A DNA stretch of 64,000 bases from Eledone cirrhosa. Lineage: Eukaryota. The notes under the pieces were generated by a model. It was given only the letters and a program-made list of their open reading frames with translations, ran no database searches and was not told the DNA's origin. Both the position numbers and the translations under genes were made by a program. The DNA is taken from contig OZ024740.1 in the NCBI GenBank assembly GCA_964016885.1, positions 19,902,001-19,966,000 of the forward strand, in the 5' to 3' direction. Shown here piece by piece: positions 1-13,300 of this stretch (positions are counted from its first letter, which is position 1; each line of letters begins with the position of its first letter).

Positions 1-189
1 CTGATACAGTGTCCTCTCGACAGCTAACATCTGATGCAGTGTCTCGACAGCTAACAACTGATGCAGTGTCCCAACAGCTAACAACTGATGCAGTGTCCTC
101 TCGACAGCTAACAACTGATGCAGTGTCCTCTCGACAGTTAACAACTGATACAGTGTCCTCTCGACAGCTAACAACTGATGCAGTGTCCC

Positions 190-3100
190 GACAGCTAACA
201 ACTGATGCAGTGTCCTCTCGACAGTTAACAACTGATACAGTGTCCTCTCGACAGCTAACAACTGATGCAGTGCCCCGACAGCTAACAACTGATGCAGTGT
301 CCTCTCGACAGCTAACAACTGATGCAGTGTCCTCTCGACAGCTAACAACTGATGCAGTGTCCTCTCGACAGCTAACAACTGATGCAGTGTCCCGACAGCT
401 AACAACTGATGCAGTGTCCTCTCGAAAGCTAACAACTGATGCAGTGTCCCGACAGCTAACAACTGATGCAGTGTCTCGACAGCTAACAACTGATGCAGTG
501 TCTCGACAGCTAACAACTGATGCAGTGTCTCGACAGCTAACAACTGATGCAGTGTCCTTCCGACATCTAACAACTGATGCAGTGTCCTCTCGACAGCTAA
601 CAACTGATGCAGTGATTCGACAGCTAACAACTGATGCAGTGTCCTCTCGACAGCTAACAACTGATGCAGTGATTCGACATCTAACAACTGATACAGTGTC
701 CTCTCGACAGCTAACAACTGTTGCAGTGTCCCGACAGCTAACAACTGATGCAGTGTCCTCTCGACAGCTAACAACTGATGCAGTGTCCTCTCGACAGCTA
801 ACAACTGATGCAGTGTACCGACAGCTAACAACTGATGCAGTGTCCTCTCGGCAGCTAACAACTGATGCAGTGTCCCGACAGCTAACAACTGATGCAGTGT
901 CCTCTCGACAGCTAACAACTGATGCAGTGTCCTCTCGACAGCTAACAACTGATGCAGTGTCCCGACAGCTAACAACTGATGCAGTGTCTCGACAGCTAAC
1001 AACTGATGCAGTGTCCTCTCGACAGCTAACAACTGATGCAGTGTCCCGACAGCTAACAACTGATGCAGTGTCTCGACAGCTAACAACTGATGCAGTGTCC
1101 TCTCGACAGCTAACAACTGATGCAGTGTCCCGACAGCTAACAACTGATGCAGTGTCCTCTCGACAGCTAACAACTGATGCAGTGTCCTCTCGACAGCTAA
1201 CAACTGATGCAGTGTCCCGACAGCTAACAACTGATGCAGTGTCCCGACAGCTAACAACTGATGCAGTGTCTCGACAGCTAACAACTGATGCAGTGTCCCG
1301 ACAGCTAACAACTGATGCAGTGTCTCGACAGCTAACAACTGATGCAGTGTCTCGACAGCTAACAACTGATGCAGTGTCCTTCCGACAGCTAACAACTGAT
1401 GCAGTGTCCTCTCGACAGCTAAAAACTGATGCAGTGATTCGACATCTAACAACTGATGCAGTGTCCTCTCGACAGCTAACAACTGATGCAGTGATTCGAC
1501 AGCTAACAACTGATGCAGTGTCCTCTCGACAGCTAACAACTGATGCAGTGATTCGACATCTAACAACTGATGCAGTGTCCTCTCGACAGCTAACAACTGA
1601 TGCAGTGTCCTCTCGACAGCTAACAACTGATGCAGTGTCCCGAAAGCTAACAACTGATGCAGTGTCTCGACATCTAACAACTGATGCAGTGTCCCGACAG
1701 CTAACAACTGATACAGTGTCCCGACAGCTAACAATTGATGCAGTGTCCTCTCGACAGCTAACAACTGATGCAGTGTCCTCTCGACAGCTAACAATTGATG
1801 TAGTGTCTCGACAGCTAACAACTGATGCGGTGTCTCGACAGATAACAATAGATGCAGTGTCCTTCCGACAGCTAACAACTGATGCAGTGTCCTCTCGACA
1901 GCTAACAACTGATGCAGTGTCCTCTCGACAGCTAACAACTGATGCAGTGTCCCGACAGCTAACAACTGATGCAGTGTCTCGACAGCTAAGAAATGATGCA
2001 GTGATTCGACAGCTAACAACTGATGGAGTGTCTCGACAGCTAACAACTGATGCAGTGTCTCCACAGCTAACAACTGATGCAGTGTCCTTCCGACAGCTAA
2101 CAACTGATGCAGTGTCCTCTCGACAGGTAACAACTGATGCAGTGATTCGACATCTAACAACTGATGCAGTGTCCTCTCGACAGCTAACAACTGATGCAGT
2201 GTCTCGACAGCTAACAACTGATGCAGTGTCCACGCAGGTAACAACTGATGCAGTGTCCTCTCGACAGCTAACAACTTATGCAGTGTCCTCCCGACAGCTA
2301 ACAACTTATGCAGTGTCCTCTCGACAGCTAACAACTGATGCAATGTCCTCTATACAGCTAACAACTTATGCAGTTTCCTCTCGACAGCTAACAACTGATG
2401 CAGTGTCCTCTCGACAGCTAACAACTGATGCAGTGTCCCGAAAGCTAACAACTGATGCAGTGTCTCGACATCTAACAACTGATGCAGTGTCCCAACAGCT
2501 AACAACTGATGCAGTGTCCTCTCGACAGCTAACAACTGATGCAGTGTCCCGACAGCTAACAACTGATGCAGTGTCCTCTCGACAGCTAACAACTGATGCA
2601 GTGTCCCGACAGCTAACAACTGATGCAGTGTCCTCTCGACAGCTAACAACTGATGCAGTGTCTCGACAGCTAACAACTGATGCAGTGTCCTCTCGACAGC
2701 TAACAACTGATGCAGTGTCCCCACAGCTAACAACTGATGCAGTGTCCTCTCGACAGCTAACAACTGATGCAGTGTCCCGACAGCTAACAACTGATGCAGT
2801 GTCCTCTCGACAGCTAACAACTGATGCAGTGTCCCGACAGCTAACAACTGATGCAGTGTCTCGACAGCTAACAACTGATGCAGTGTCCCGACAGCTAACA
2901 ACTGATGCAGTGTCTCGACAGCTAACAACTGATGCAGTGTCTCGATAGCTAACAACTGATGCAGTGTCCTTCCGACAGCTAACAACTGATGCAGTGTCCT
3001 CTCGACAGCTAAAAACTGATGCAGTGATTCGACATCTAACAACTGATGCAGTGTCCTCTCGACAGCTAACAACTGATGCAGTGATTCGACAGCTAACAAC

Positions 3101-6100
3101 TGATGCAGTGTCCTCTCGACAGATAACAACTGATGCAGTGATTCGACATCTAACAACTGATACAGTGTCCTCTCGACAGCTAACAACTGATGCAGTGTCC
3201 CGACAGCTAACAACTGATGCAGTGTCCTCTCGACAGCTAACAACTGATGCAGTGTCCTCTCGACTGCTAACAACTGATGCAGTGTCCCGACAGCTAACAA
3301 CTGATGCAGTGTCTCGACATCTAACAACTGATGCAGTGTCCCGACAGCTAACAACTGATACGGTGTCCCGACAGCTAACAACTGATGCAGTGTCCTCTCG
3401 ACAGGTAACAACTGATGCAGTGATTCGACATCTAACAACTGATGCAGTGTCCTCTCGACAGCTAACAACTGATGCAGTGTCTCGACAGCTAACAACTGAT
3501 GCAGTGTCCACGCAGGTAACAACTGATGCAGTGTCCTCTCGACAGCTAACAACTTATGCAGTGTCCTCCCGACAGCTAACAACTGATGTAGTGTCCTCTC
3601 GACAGCTAACAACTGATGCAATGTCCTCTATACAGCTAACAACTTATGCAGTTTCCTCTCGACAGCTAACAACTGATGCAGTGTCCTCTCGACAGCTAAC
3701 AACTGATGCAGTGTCCCGAAAGCTAACAACTGATGCAGTGTCTCGACATCTAACAACTGATGCAGTGTCCCAACAGCTAACAACTGATGCAGTGTCCTGT
3801 CGACAGCTAACAACTGATGCAGTGTCCCGACAGCTAACAACTGATGCAGTGTCCTCTCGACAGCTAACAACTGATGCAGTGTCCCGACAGCTAACAACTG
3901 ATGCAGTGTCCTCTCGACAGTTAACAACTGATACAGTGTCCTCTCGACAGCTAACAACTGATGCAGTGCCCCGACAGCTAACAACTGATGCAGTGTCCTC
4001 TCGACAGCTAACAACTGATGCAGTGTCCTCTCGACAGCTAACAACTTATGCAGTGTCCTCTCGACAGCTAACAACTGATGCAGTGTCCCGACAGCTAACA
4101 ACTGATGCAGTGTCCTCTCGAAAGCTAACAACTGATGCAGTGTCCCGACAGCTAACAACTGATGCAGTGTCTCGACAGCTAACAACTGATGCAGTGTCTC
4201 GACAGCTAACAACTGATGCAGTGTCTCGACAGCTAACAACTGATGCAGTGTCCTTCCGACATCTAACAACTGATGCAGTGTCCTCTCGACAGCTAACAAC
4301 TGATGCAGTGATTCGACAGCTAACAACTGATGCAGTGTCCTCTCGACAGCTAACAACTGATGCAGTGATTCGACATCTAACAACTGATACAGTGTCCTCT
4401 CGACAGCTAACAACTGTTGCAGTGTCCCGACAGCTAACAACTGATGCAGTGTCCTCTCGACAGCTAACAACTGATGCAGTGTCCTCTCGACAGCTAACAA
4501 CTGATGCAGTGTACCGACAGCTAACAACTGATGCAGTGTCCTCTCGGCAGCTAACAACTGATGCAGTGTCCCGACAGCTAACAACTGATGCAGTGTCCTC
4601 TCGACAGCTAACAACTGATGCAGTGTCCTCTCGACAGCTAACAACTGATGCAGTGTCCCGACAGCTAACAACTGATGCAGTGTCTCGACAGCTAACAACT
4701 GATGCAGTGTCCTCTCGACAGCTAACAACTGATGCAGTGTCCCGACAGCTAACAACTGATGCAGTGTCTCGACAGCTAACAACTGATGCAGTGTCCTCTC
4801 GACAGCTAACAACTGATGCAGTGTCCCGACAGCTAACAACTGATGCAGTGTCCTCTCGACAGCTAACAACTGATGCAGTGTCCTCTCGACAGCTAACAAC
4901 TGATGCAGTGTCCCGACAGCTAACAACTGATGCAGTGTCCCGACAGCTAACAACTGATGCAGTGTCTCGACAGCTAACAACTGATGCAGTGTCCCGACAG
5001 CTAACAACTGATGCAGTGTCTCGACAGCTAACAACTGATGCAGTGTCTCGACAGCTAACAACTGATGCAGTGTCCTTCCGACAGCTAACAACTGATGCAG
5101 TGTCCTCTCGACAGCTAAAAACTGATGCAGTGATTCGACATCTAACAACTGATGCAGTGTCCTCTCGACAGCTAACAACTGATGCAGTGATTCGACAGCT
5201 AACAACTGATGCAGTGTCCTCTCGACAGCTAACAACTGATGCAGTGATTCGACATCTAACAACTGATGCAGTGTCCTCTCGACAGCTAACAACTGATGCA
5301 GTGTCCTCTCGACAGCTAACAACTGATGCAGTGTCCCGAAAGCTAACAACTGATGCAGTGTCTCGACATCTAACAACTGATGCAGTGTCCCGACAGCTAA
5401 CAACTGATACAGTGTCCCGACAGCTAACAATTGATGCAGTGTCCTCTCGACAGCTAACAACTGATGCAGTGTCCTCTCGACAGCTAACAATTGATGTAGT
5501 GTCTCGACAGCTAACAACTGATGCAGTGTCTCGACAGATAACAATAGATGCAGTGTCCTTCCGACAGCTAACAACTGATGCAGTGTCCTCTCGACAGCTA
5601 ACAACTGATGCAGTGTCCTCTCGACAGCTAACAACTGATGCAGTGTCCCGACAGCTAACAACTGATGCAGTGTCTCGACAGCTAAGAAATGATGCAGTGA
5701 TTCGACAGCTAACAACTGATGGAGTGTCTCGACAGCTAACAACTGATGCAGTGTCTCCACAGCTAACAACTGATGCAGTGTCCTTCCGACAGCTAACAAC
5801 TGATGCAGTGTCCTCTCGACAGCTAAAAACTGATGCAGTGATTCGACATCTAACAACTGATGCAGTGTCCTCTCGACAGCTAACAACTGATGCAGTGATT
5901 CGACAGCTAACAACTGATGCAGTGTCCTCTCGACAGATAACAACTGATGCAGTGATTCGACATCTAACAACTGATACAGTGTCCTCTCGACAGCTAACAA
6001 CTGATGCAGTGTCCCGACAGCTAACAACTGATGCAGTGTCCTCTCGACAGCTAACAACTGATGCAGTGTCCTCTCGACAGCTAACAACTGATGCAGTGTC

Positions 6101-9100
6101 CCGACAGCTAACAACTGATGCAGTGTCTCGACATCTAACAACTGATGCAGTGTCCCGACAGCTAACAACTGATACGGTGTCCCGACAGCTAACAACTGAT
6201 GCAGTGTCCTCTCGACAGGTAACAACTGATGCAGTGATTCGACATCTAACAACTGATGCAGTGTCCTCTCGACAGCTAACAACTGATGCAGTGTCTCGAC
6301 AGCTAACAACTGATGCAGTGTCCACGCAGGTAACAACTGATGCAGTGTCCTCTCGACAGCTAACAACTTATGCAGTGTCCTCCCGACAGCTAACAACTGA
6401 TGTAGTGTCCTCTCGACAGCTAACAACTGATGCAATGTCCTCTATACAGCTAACAACTTATGCAGTTTCCTCTCGACAGCTAACAACTGATGCAGTGTCC
6501 TCTCGACAGCTAACAACTGATGCAGTGTCCCGAAAGCTAACAACTGATGCAGTGTCTCGACATCTAACAACTGATGCAGTGTCCCAACAGCTAACAACTG
6601 ATGCAGTGTCCTGTCGACAGCTAACAACTGATGCAGTGTCCCGACAGCTAACAACTGATGCAGTGTCCTCTCGACAGCTAACAACTGATGCAGTGTCCCG
6701 ACAGCTAACAACTGATGCAGTGTCCTCTCGACAGTTAACAACTGATACAGTGTCCTCTCGACAGCTAACAACTGATGCAGTGCCCCGACAGCTAACAACT
6801 GATGCAGTGTCCTCTCGACAGCTAACAACTGATGCAGTGTCCTCTCGACAGCTAACAACTTATGCAGTGTCCTCTCGACAGCTAACAACTGATGCAGTGT
6901 CCCGACAGCTAACAACTGATGCAGTGTCCTCTCGAAAGCTAACAACTGATGCAGTGTCCCGACAGCTAACAACTGATGCAGTGTCTCGACAGCTAACAAC
7001 TGATGCAGTGTCTCGACAGCTAACAACTGATGCAGTGTCTCGACAGCTAACAACTGATGCAGTGTCCTTCCGACATCTAACAACTGATGCAGTGTCCTCT
7101 CGACAGCTAACAACTGATGCAGTGATTCGACAGCTAACAACTGATGCAGTGTCCTCTCGACAGCTAACAACTGATGCAGTGATTCGACATCTAACAACTG
7201 ATACAGTGTCCTCTCGACAGCTAACAACTGTTGCAGTGTCCCGACAGCTAACAACTGATGCAGTGTCCTCTCGACAGCTAACAACTGATGCAGTGTCCTC
7301 TCGACAGCTAACAACTGATGCAGTGTACCGACAGCTAACAACTGATGCAGTGTCCTCTCGGCAGCTAACAACTGATGCAGTGTCCCGACAGCTAACAACT
7401 GATGCAGTGTCCTCTCGACAGCTAACAACTGATGCAGTGTCCTCTCGACAGCTAACAACTGATGCAGTGTCCCGACAGCTAACAACTGATGCAGTGTCTC
7501 GACAGCTAACAACTGATGCAGTGTCCTCTCGACAGCTAACAACTGATGCAGTGTCCCGACAGCTAACAACTGATGCAGTGTCTCGACAGCTAACAACTGA
7601 TGCAGTGTCCTCTCGACAGCTAACAACTGATGCAGTGTCCCGACAGCTAACAACTGATGCAGTGTCCTCTCGACAGCTAACAACTGATGCAGTGTCCTCT
7701 CGACAGCTAACAACTGATGCAGTGTCCCGACAGCTAACAACTGATGCAGTGTCCCGACAGCTAACAACTGATGCAGTGTCTCGACAGCTAACAACTGATG
7801 CAGTGTCCCGACAGCTAACAACTGATGCAGTGTCTCGACAGCTAACAACTGATGCAGTGTCTCGACAGCTAACAACTGATGCAGTGTCCTTCCGACAGCT
7901 AACAACTGATGCAGTGTCCTCTCGACAGCTAAAAACTGATGCAGTGATTCGACATCTAACAACTGATGCAGTGTCCTCTCGACAGCTAACAACTGATGCA
8001 GTGATTCAACAGCTAACAACTGATGCAGTGTCCTCTCGACAGCTAACAACTGATGCAGTGATTCGACATCTAACAACTGATGCAGTGTCCTCTCGACAGC
8101 TAACAACTGATGCAGTGTCCTCTCGACAGCTAACAACTGATGCAGTGTCCCGAAAGCTAACAACTGATGCAGTGTCTCGACATCTAACAACTGATGCAGT
8201 GTCCCGACAGCTAACAACTGATACAGTGTCCCGACAGCTAACAATTGATGCAGTGTCCTCTCGATAGCTAACAACTGATGCAGTGTCCTCTCGACAGCTA
8301 ACAATTGATGTAGTGTCTCGACAGCTAACAACTGATGCAGTGTCTCGACAGATAACAATAGATGCAGTGTCCTTCCGACAGCTAACAACTGATGCAGTGT
8401 CCTCTCGACAGCTAACAACTGATGCAGTGTCCTCTCGACAGCTAACAACTGATGCAGTGTCCCGACAGCTAACAACTGATGCAGTGTCTCGACAGCTAAG
8501 AAATGATGCAGTGATTCGACAGCTAACAACTGATGGAGTGTCTCGACAGCTAACAACTGATGCAGTGTCTCCACAGCTAACAACTGATGCAGTGTCCTTC
8601 CGACAGCTAACAACTGATGCAGTGTCCTCTCGACAGGTAACAACTGATGCAGTGATTCGACATCTAACAACTGATGCAGTGTCCTCTCGACAGCTAACAA
8701 CTGATGCAGTGTCTCGACAGCTAACAACTGATGCAGTGTCCACGCAGGTAACAACTGATGCAGTGTCCTCTCGACAGCTAACAACTTATGCAGTGTCCTC
8801 CCGACAGCTAACAACTTATGCAGTGTCCTCTCGACAGCTAACAACTGATGCAATGTCCTCTATACAGCTAACAACTTATGCAGTTTCCTCTCGACAGCTA
8901 ACAACTGATGCAGTGTCCTCTCGACAGCTAACAACTGATGCAGTGTCCCGAAAGCTAACAACTGATGCAGTGTCTCGACATCTAACAACTGATGCAGTGT
9001 CCCAACAGCTAACAACTGATGCAGTGTCCTCTCGACAGCTAACAAATGATGCAGTGTCCCGACAGCTAACAACTGATGCAGTGTCCTCTCGACAGCTAAC

Positions 9101-10300
9101 AACTGATGCAGTGTCCCGACAGCTAACAACTGATGCAGTGTCCTCTCGACAGCTAACAACTGATGCAGTGTCTCGACAGCTAACAACTGATGCAGTGTCC
9201 TCTCGACAGCTAACAACTGATGCAGTGTCCCCACAGCTAACAACTGATGCAGTGTCCTCTCGACAGCTAACAACTGATGCAGTGTCCCGACAGCTAACAA
9301 CTGATGCAGTGTCCTCTCGACAGCTAACAACTGATGCAGTGTCCCGACAGCTAACAACTGATGCAGTGTCTCGACAGCTAACAACTGATGCAGTGTCCCG
9401 ACAGCTAACAACTGATGCAGTGTCTCGACAGCTAACAACTGATGCAGTGTCTCGATAGCTAACAACTGATGCAGTGTCCTTCCGACAGCTAACAACTGAT
9501 GCAGTGTCCTCTCGACAGCTAAAAACTGATGCAGTGATTCGACATCTAACAACTGATGCAGTGTCCTCTCGACAGCTAACAACTGATGCAGTGATTCGAC
9601 AGCTAACAACTGATGCAGTGTCCTCTCGACAGATAACAACTGATGCAGTGATTCGACATCTAACAACTGATACAGTGTCCTCTCGACAGCTAACAACTGA
9701 TGCAGTGTCCCGACAGCTAACAACTGATGCAGTGTCCTCTCGACAGCTAACAACTGATGCAGTGTCCTCTCGACAGCTAACAACTGATGCAGTGTCCCGA
9801 CAGCTAACAACTGATGCAGTGTCTCGACATCTAACAACTGGTGCAGTGTCCCGACAGCTAACAACTGATACGGTGTCCCGACAGCTAACAACTGATGCAG
9901 TGTCCTCTCGACAGGTAACAACTGATGCAGTGATTCGACATCTAACAACTGATGCAGTGTCCTCTCGACAGCTAACAACTGATGCAGTGTCTCGACAGCT
10001 AACAACTGATGCAGTGTCCACGCAGGTAACAACTGATGCAGTGTCCTCTCGACAGCTAACAACTTATGCAGTGTCCTCCCGACAGCTAACAACTGATGTA
10101 GTGTCCTCTCGACAGCTAACAACTGATGCAATGTCCTCTATACAGCTAACAACTTATGCAGTTTCCTCTCGACAGCTAACAACTGATGCAGTGTCCTCTC
10201 GACAGCTAACAACTGATGCAGTGTCCCGAAAGCTAACAACTGATGCAGTGTCTCGACATCTAACAACTGATGCAGTGTCCCAACAGCTAACAACTGATGC
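190..10300 (+). repeat. About 3.6-kb direct duplication with 6510-bp offset (~190-3790 vs ~6700-10300)
   Basis: Rare marker monomers recur at +6510: GTGCCCCGA ~270/~6780, ATGTCCTCTATA 2343/8853 and 3621/10131, CGATAG stop ending 2948/9458. Boundaries are approximate. Confidence 0.88.
2955..8600 (+). repeat. Tandem higher-order repeat, 2 x 2814 bp
   Basis: Private SalI variant GTCGAC at 3799 and 6613; ATGTCCTCTATA at 3621 and 6435; ACGCAGGTA markers 2814 apart; the same monomer order in the ORF translation. Confidence 0.92.
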
Positions 10301-13300
10301 AGTGTCCTCTCGACAGCTAACAACTGATGCAGTGTCCCGACAGCTAACAACTGATGCAGTGCCCTCTCGACAGCTAACAACTGATGCAGTGTCCCGACAG
10401 CTAACAACTGATGCAGTGTCCTCTCGACAGCTAACAACTGATGCAGTGTCTCGACAGCTAACAACTGATGCAGTGTCCTCTCGACAGCTAACAACTGATG
10501 CAGTGTCCCCACAGCTAACAACTGATGCAGTGTCCTCTCGACAGCTAACAACTGATGCAGTGTCCCGACAGCTAACAACTGATGCAGTGTCCTCTCGACA
10601 GCTAACAACTGATGCAGTGTCCCGACAGCTAACAACTGATGCAGTGTCTCGACAGCTAACAACTGATGCAGTGTCCCGACAGCTAACAACTGATGCAGTG
10701 TCTCGACAGCTAACAACTGATGCAGTGTCTCGATAGCTAACAACTGATGCAGTGTCCTTCCGACAGCTAACAACTGATGCAGTGTCCTCTCGACAGCTAA
10801 AAACTGATGCAGTGATTCGACATCTAACAACTGATGCAGTGTCCTCTCGACAGCTAACAACTGATGCAGTGATTCGACAGCTAACAACTGATGCAGTGTC
10901 CTCTCGACAGCTAACAACTGATGCAGTGATTCGACATCTAACAACTGATGCAGTGTCCTCTCGACGGGCTAACAACTGATGCAGTGTCCTCTCGACAGCT
11001 AACAACTGATGCAGTGTCCCGAAAGCTAACAACTGATGCAGTGTCTCGACATCTAACAACTGATGCAGTGTCCCGACAGCTAACAACTGATACAGTGTCC
11101 CGACAGCTAACAATTGATGCAGTGTCCTCTCGACAGCTAACAACTGATGCAGTGTCCTCTCGACAGCTAACAATTGATGCAGTGTCTCGACAGCTAACAA
11201 CTGATGCAGTGTCTCGACAGATAACAATAGATGCAGTGTCCTTCCGACAGCTAACAACTGATGCAGTGTCCTCTCGACAGCTAACAACTGATGCAGTGTC
11301 CTCTCGACAGCTAACAACTGATGCAGTGTCCCGACAGCTAACAACTGATGCAGTGTCTCGACAGCTAAGAAATGATGCAGTGATTCGACAGCTAACAACT
11401 GATGGAGTGTCTCGACAGCTAACAACTGATGCAGTGTCTCCACAGCTAACAACTGATGCAGTGTCCTTCCGACAGCTAACAACTGATGCAGTGTCCTCTC
11501 GACAGGTAACAACTGATGCAGTGATTCGACATCTAACAACTGATGCAGTGTCCTCTCGACAGCTAACAACTGATGCAGTGTCTCGACAGCTAACAACTGA
11601 TGCAGTGTCCACGCAGGTAACAACTGATGCAGTGTCCTCTCGACAGCTAACAACTTATGCAGTGTCCTCCCGACAGCTAACAACTTATGCAGTGTCCTCT
11701 CGACAGCTAACAACTGATGCAATGTCCTCTATACAGCTAACAACTTATGCAGTTTCCTCTCGACAGCTAACAACTGATGCAGTGTCCTCTCGACAGCTAA
11801 CAACTGATGCAGTGTCCCGAAAGCTAACAACTGATGCAGTGTCTCGACATCTAACAACTGATGCAGTGTCCCAACAGCTAACAACTGATGCAGTGTCCTC
11901 TCGACAGCTAACAACTGATGCAGTGTCCCGACAGCTAACAACTGATGCAGTGTCCTCTCGACAGCTAACAACTGATGCAGTGTCCCGACAGCTAACAACT
12001 GATGCAGTGTCCTCTCGACAGCTAACAACTGATGCAGTGTCTCGACAGCTAACAACTGATGCAGTGTCCTCTCGACAGCTAACAACTGATGCAGTGTCCC
12101 CACAGCTAACAACTGATGCAGTGTCCTCTCGACAGCTAACAACTGATGCAGTGTCCCGACAGCTAACAACTGATGCAGTGTCCTCTCGACAGCTAACAAC
12201 TGATGCAGTGTCCCGACAGCTAACAACTGATGCAGTGTCTCGACAGCTAACAACTGATGCAGTGTCCCGACAGCTAACAACTGATGCAGTGTCTCGACAG
12301 CTAACAACTGATGCAGTGTCTCGATAGCTAACAACTGATGCAGTGTCCTTCCGACAGCTAACAACTGATGCAGTGTCCTCTCGACAGCTAAAACTGATGC
12401 AGTGATTCGACATCTAACAACTGATGCAGTGTCCTCTCGACAGCTAACAACTGATGCAGTGATTCGACAGCTAACAACTGATGCAGTGTCCTCTCGACAG
12501 ATAACAACTGATGCAGTGATTCGACATCTAACAACTGATACAGTGTCCTCTCGACAGCTAACAACTGATGCAGTGTCCCGACAGCTAACAACTGATGCAG
12601 TGTCCTCTCGACAGCTAACAACTGATGCAGTGTCCTCTCGACAGCTAACAACTGATGCAGTGTCCCGACAGCTAACAACTGATGCAGTGTCTCGACATCT
12701 AACAACTGATGCAGTGTCCCGACAGTTAACAACTGATACGGTGTCCCGACAGCTAACAACTGATGCAGTGTCCTCTCGACAGGTAACAACTGATGCAGTG
12801 ATTCGACATCTAACAACTGATGCAGTGTCCTCTCGACAGCTAACAACTGATGCAGTGTCTCGACAGCTAACAACTGATGCAGTGTCCACGCAGGTAACAA
12901 CTGATGCAGTGTCCTCTCGACAGCTAACAACTTATGCAGTGTCCTCCCGACAGCCAACAACTGATGTAGTGTCCTCTCGACAGCTAACAACTGATGCAAT
13001 GTCCTCTATACAGCTAACAACTTATGCAGTTTCCTCTCGACAGCTAACAACTGATGCAGTGTCCTCTCGACAGCTAACAACTGATGCAGTGTCCCGAAAG
13101 CTAACAACTGATGCAGTGTCTCGACATCTAACAACTGATGCAGTGTCCCAACAGCTAACAACTGATGCAGTGTCCTCTCGACAGCTAACAACTGATGCAG
13201 TGTCCCGACAGCTAACAACTGATGCAGTGTCCTCTCGACAGCTAACAACTGATGCAGTGTCCCGACAGCTAACAACTGATGCAGTGTCCTCTCGACAGCT

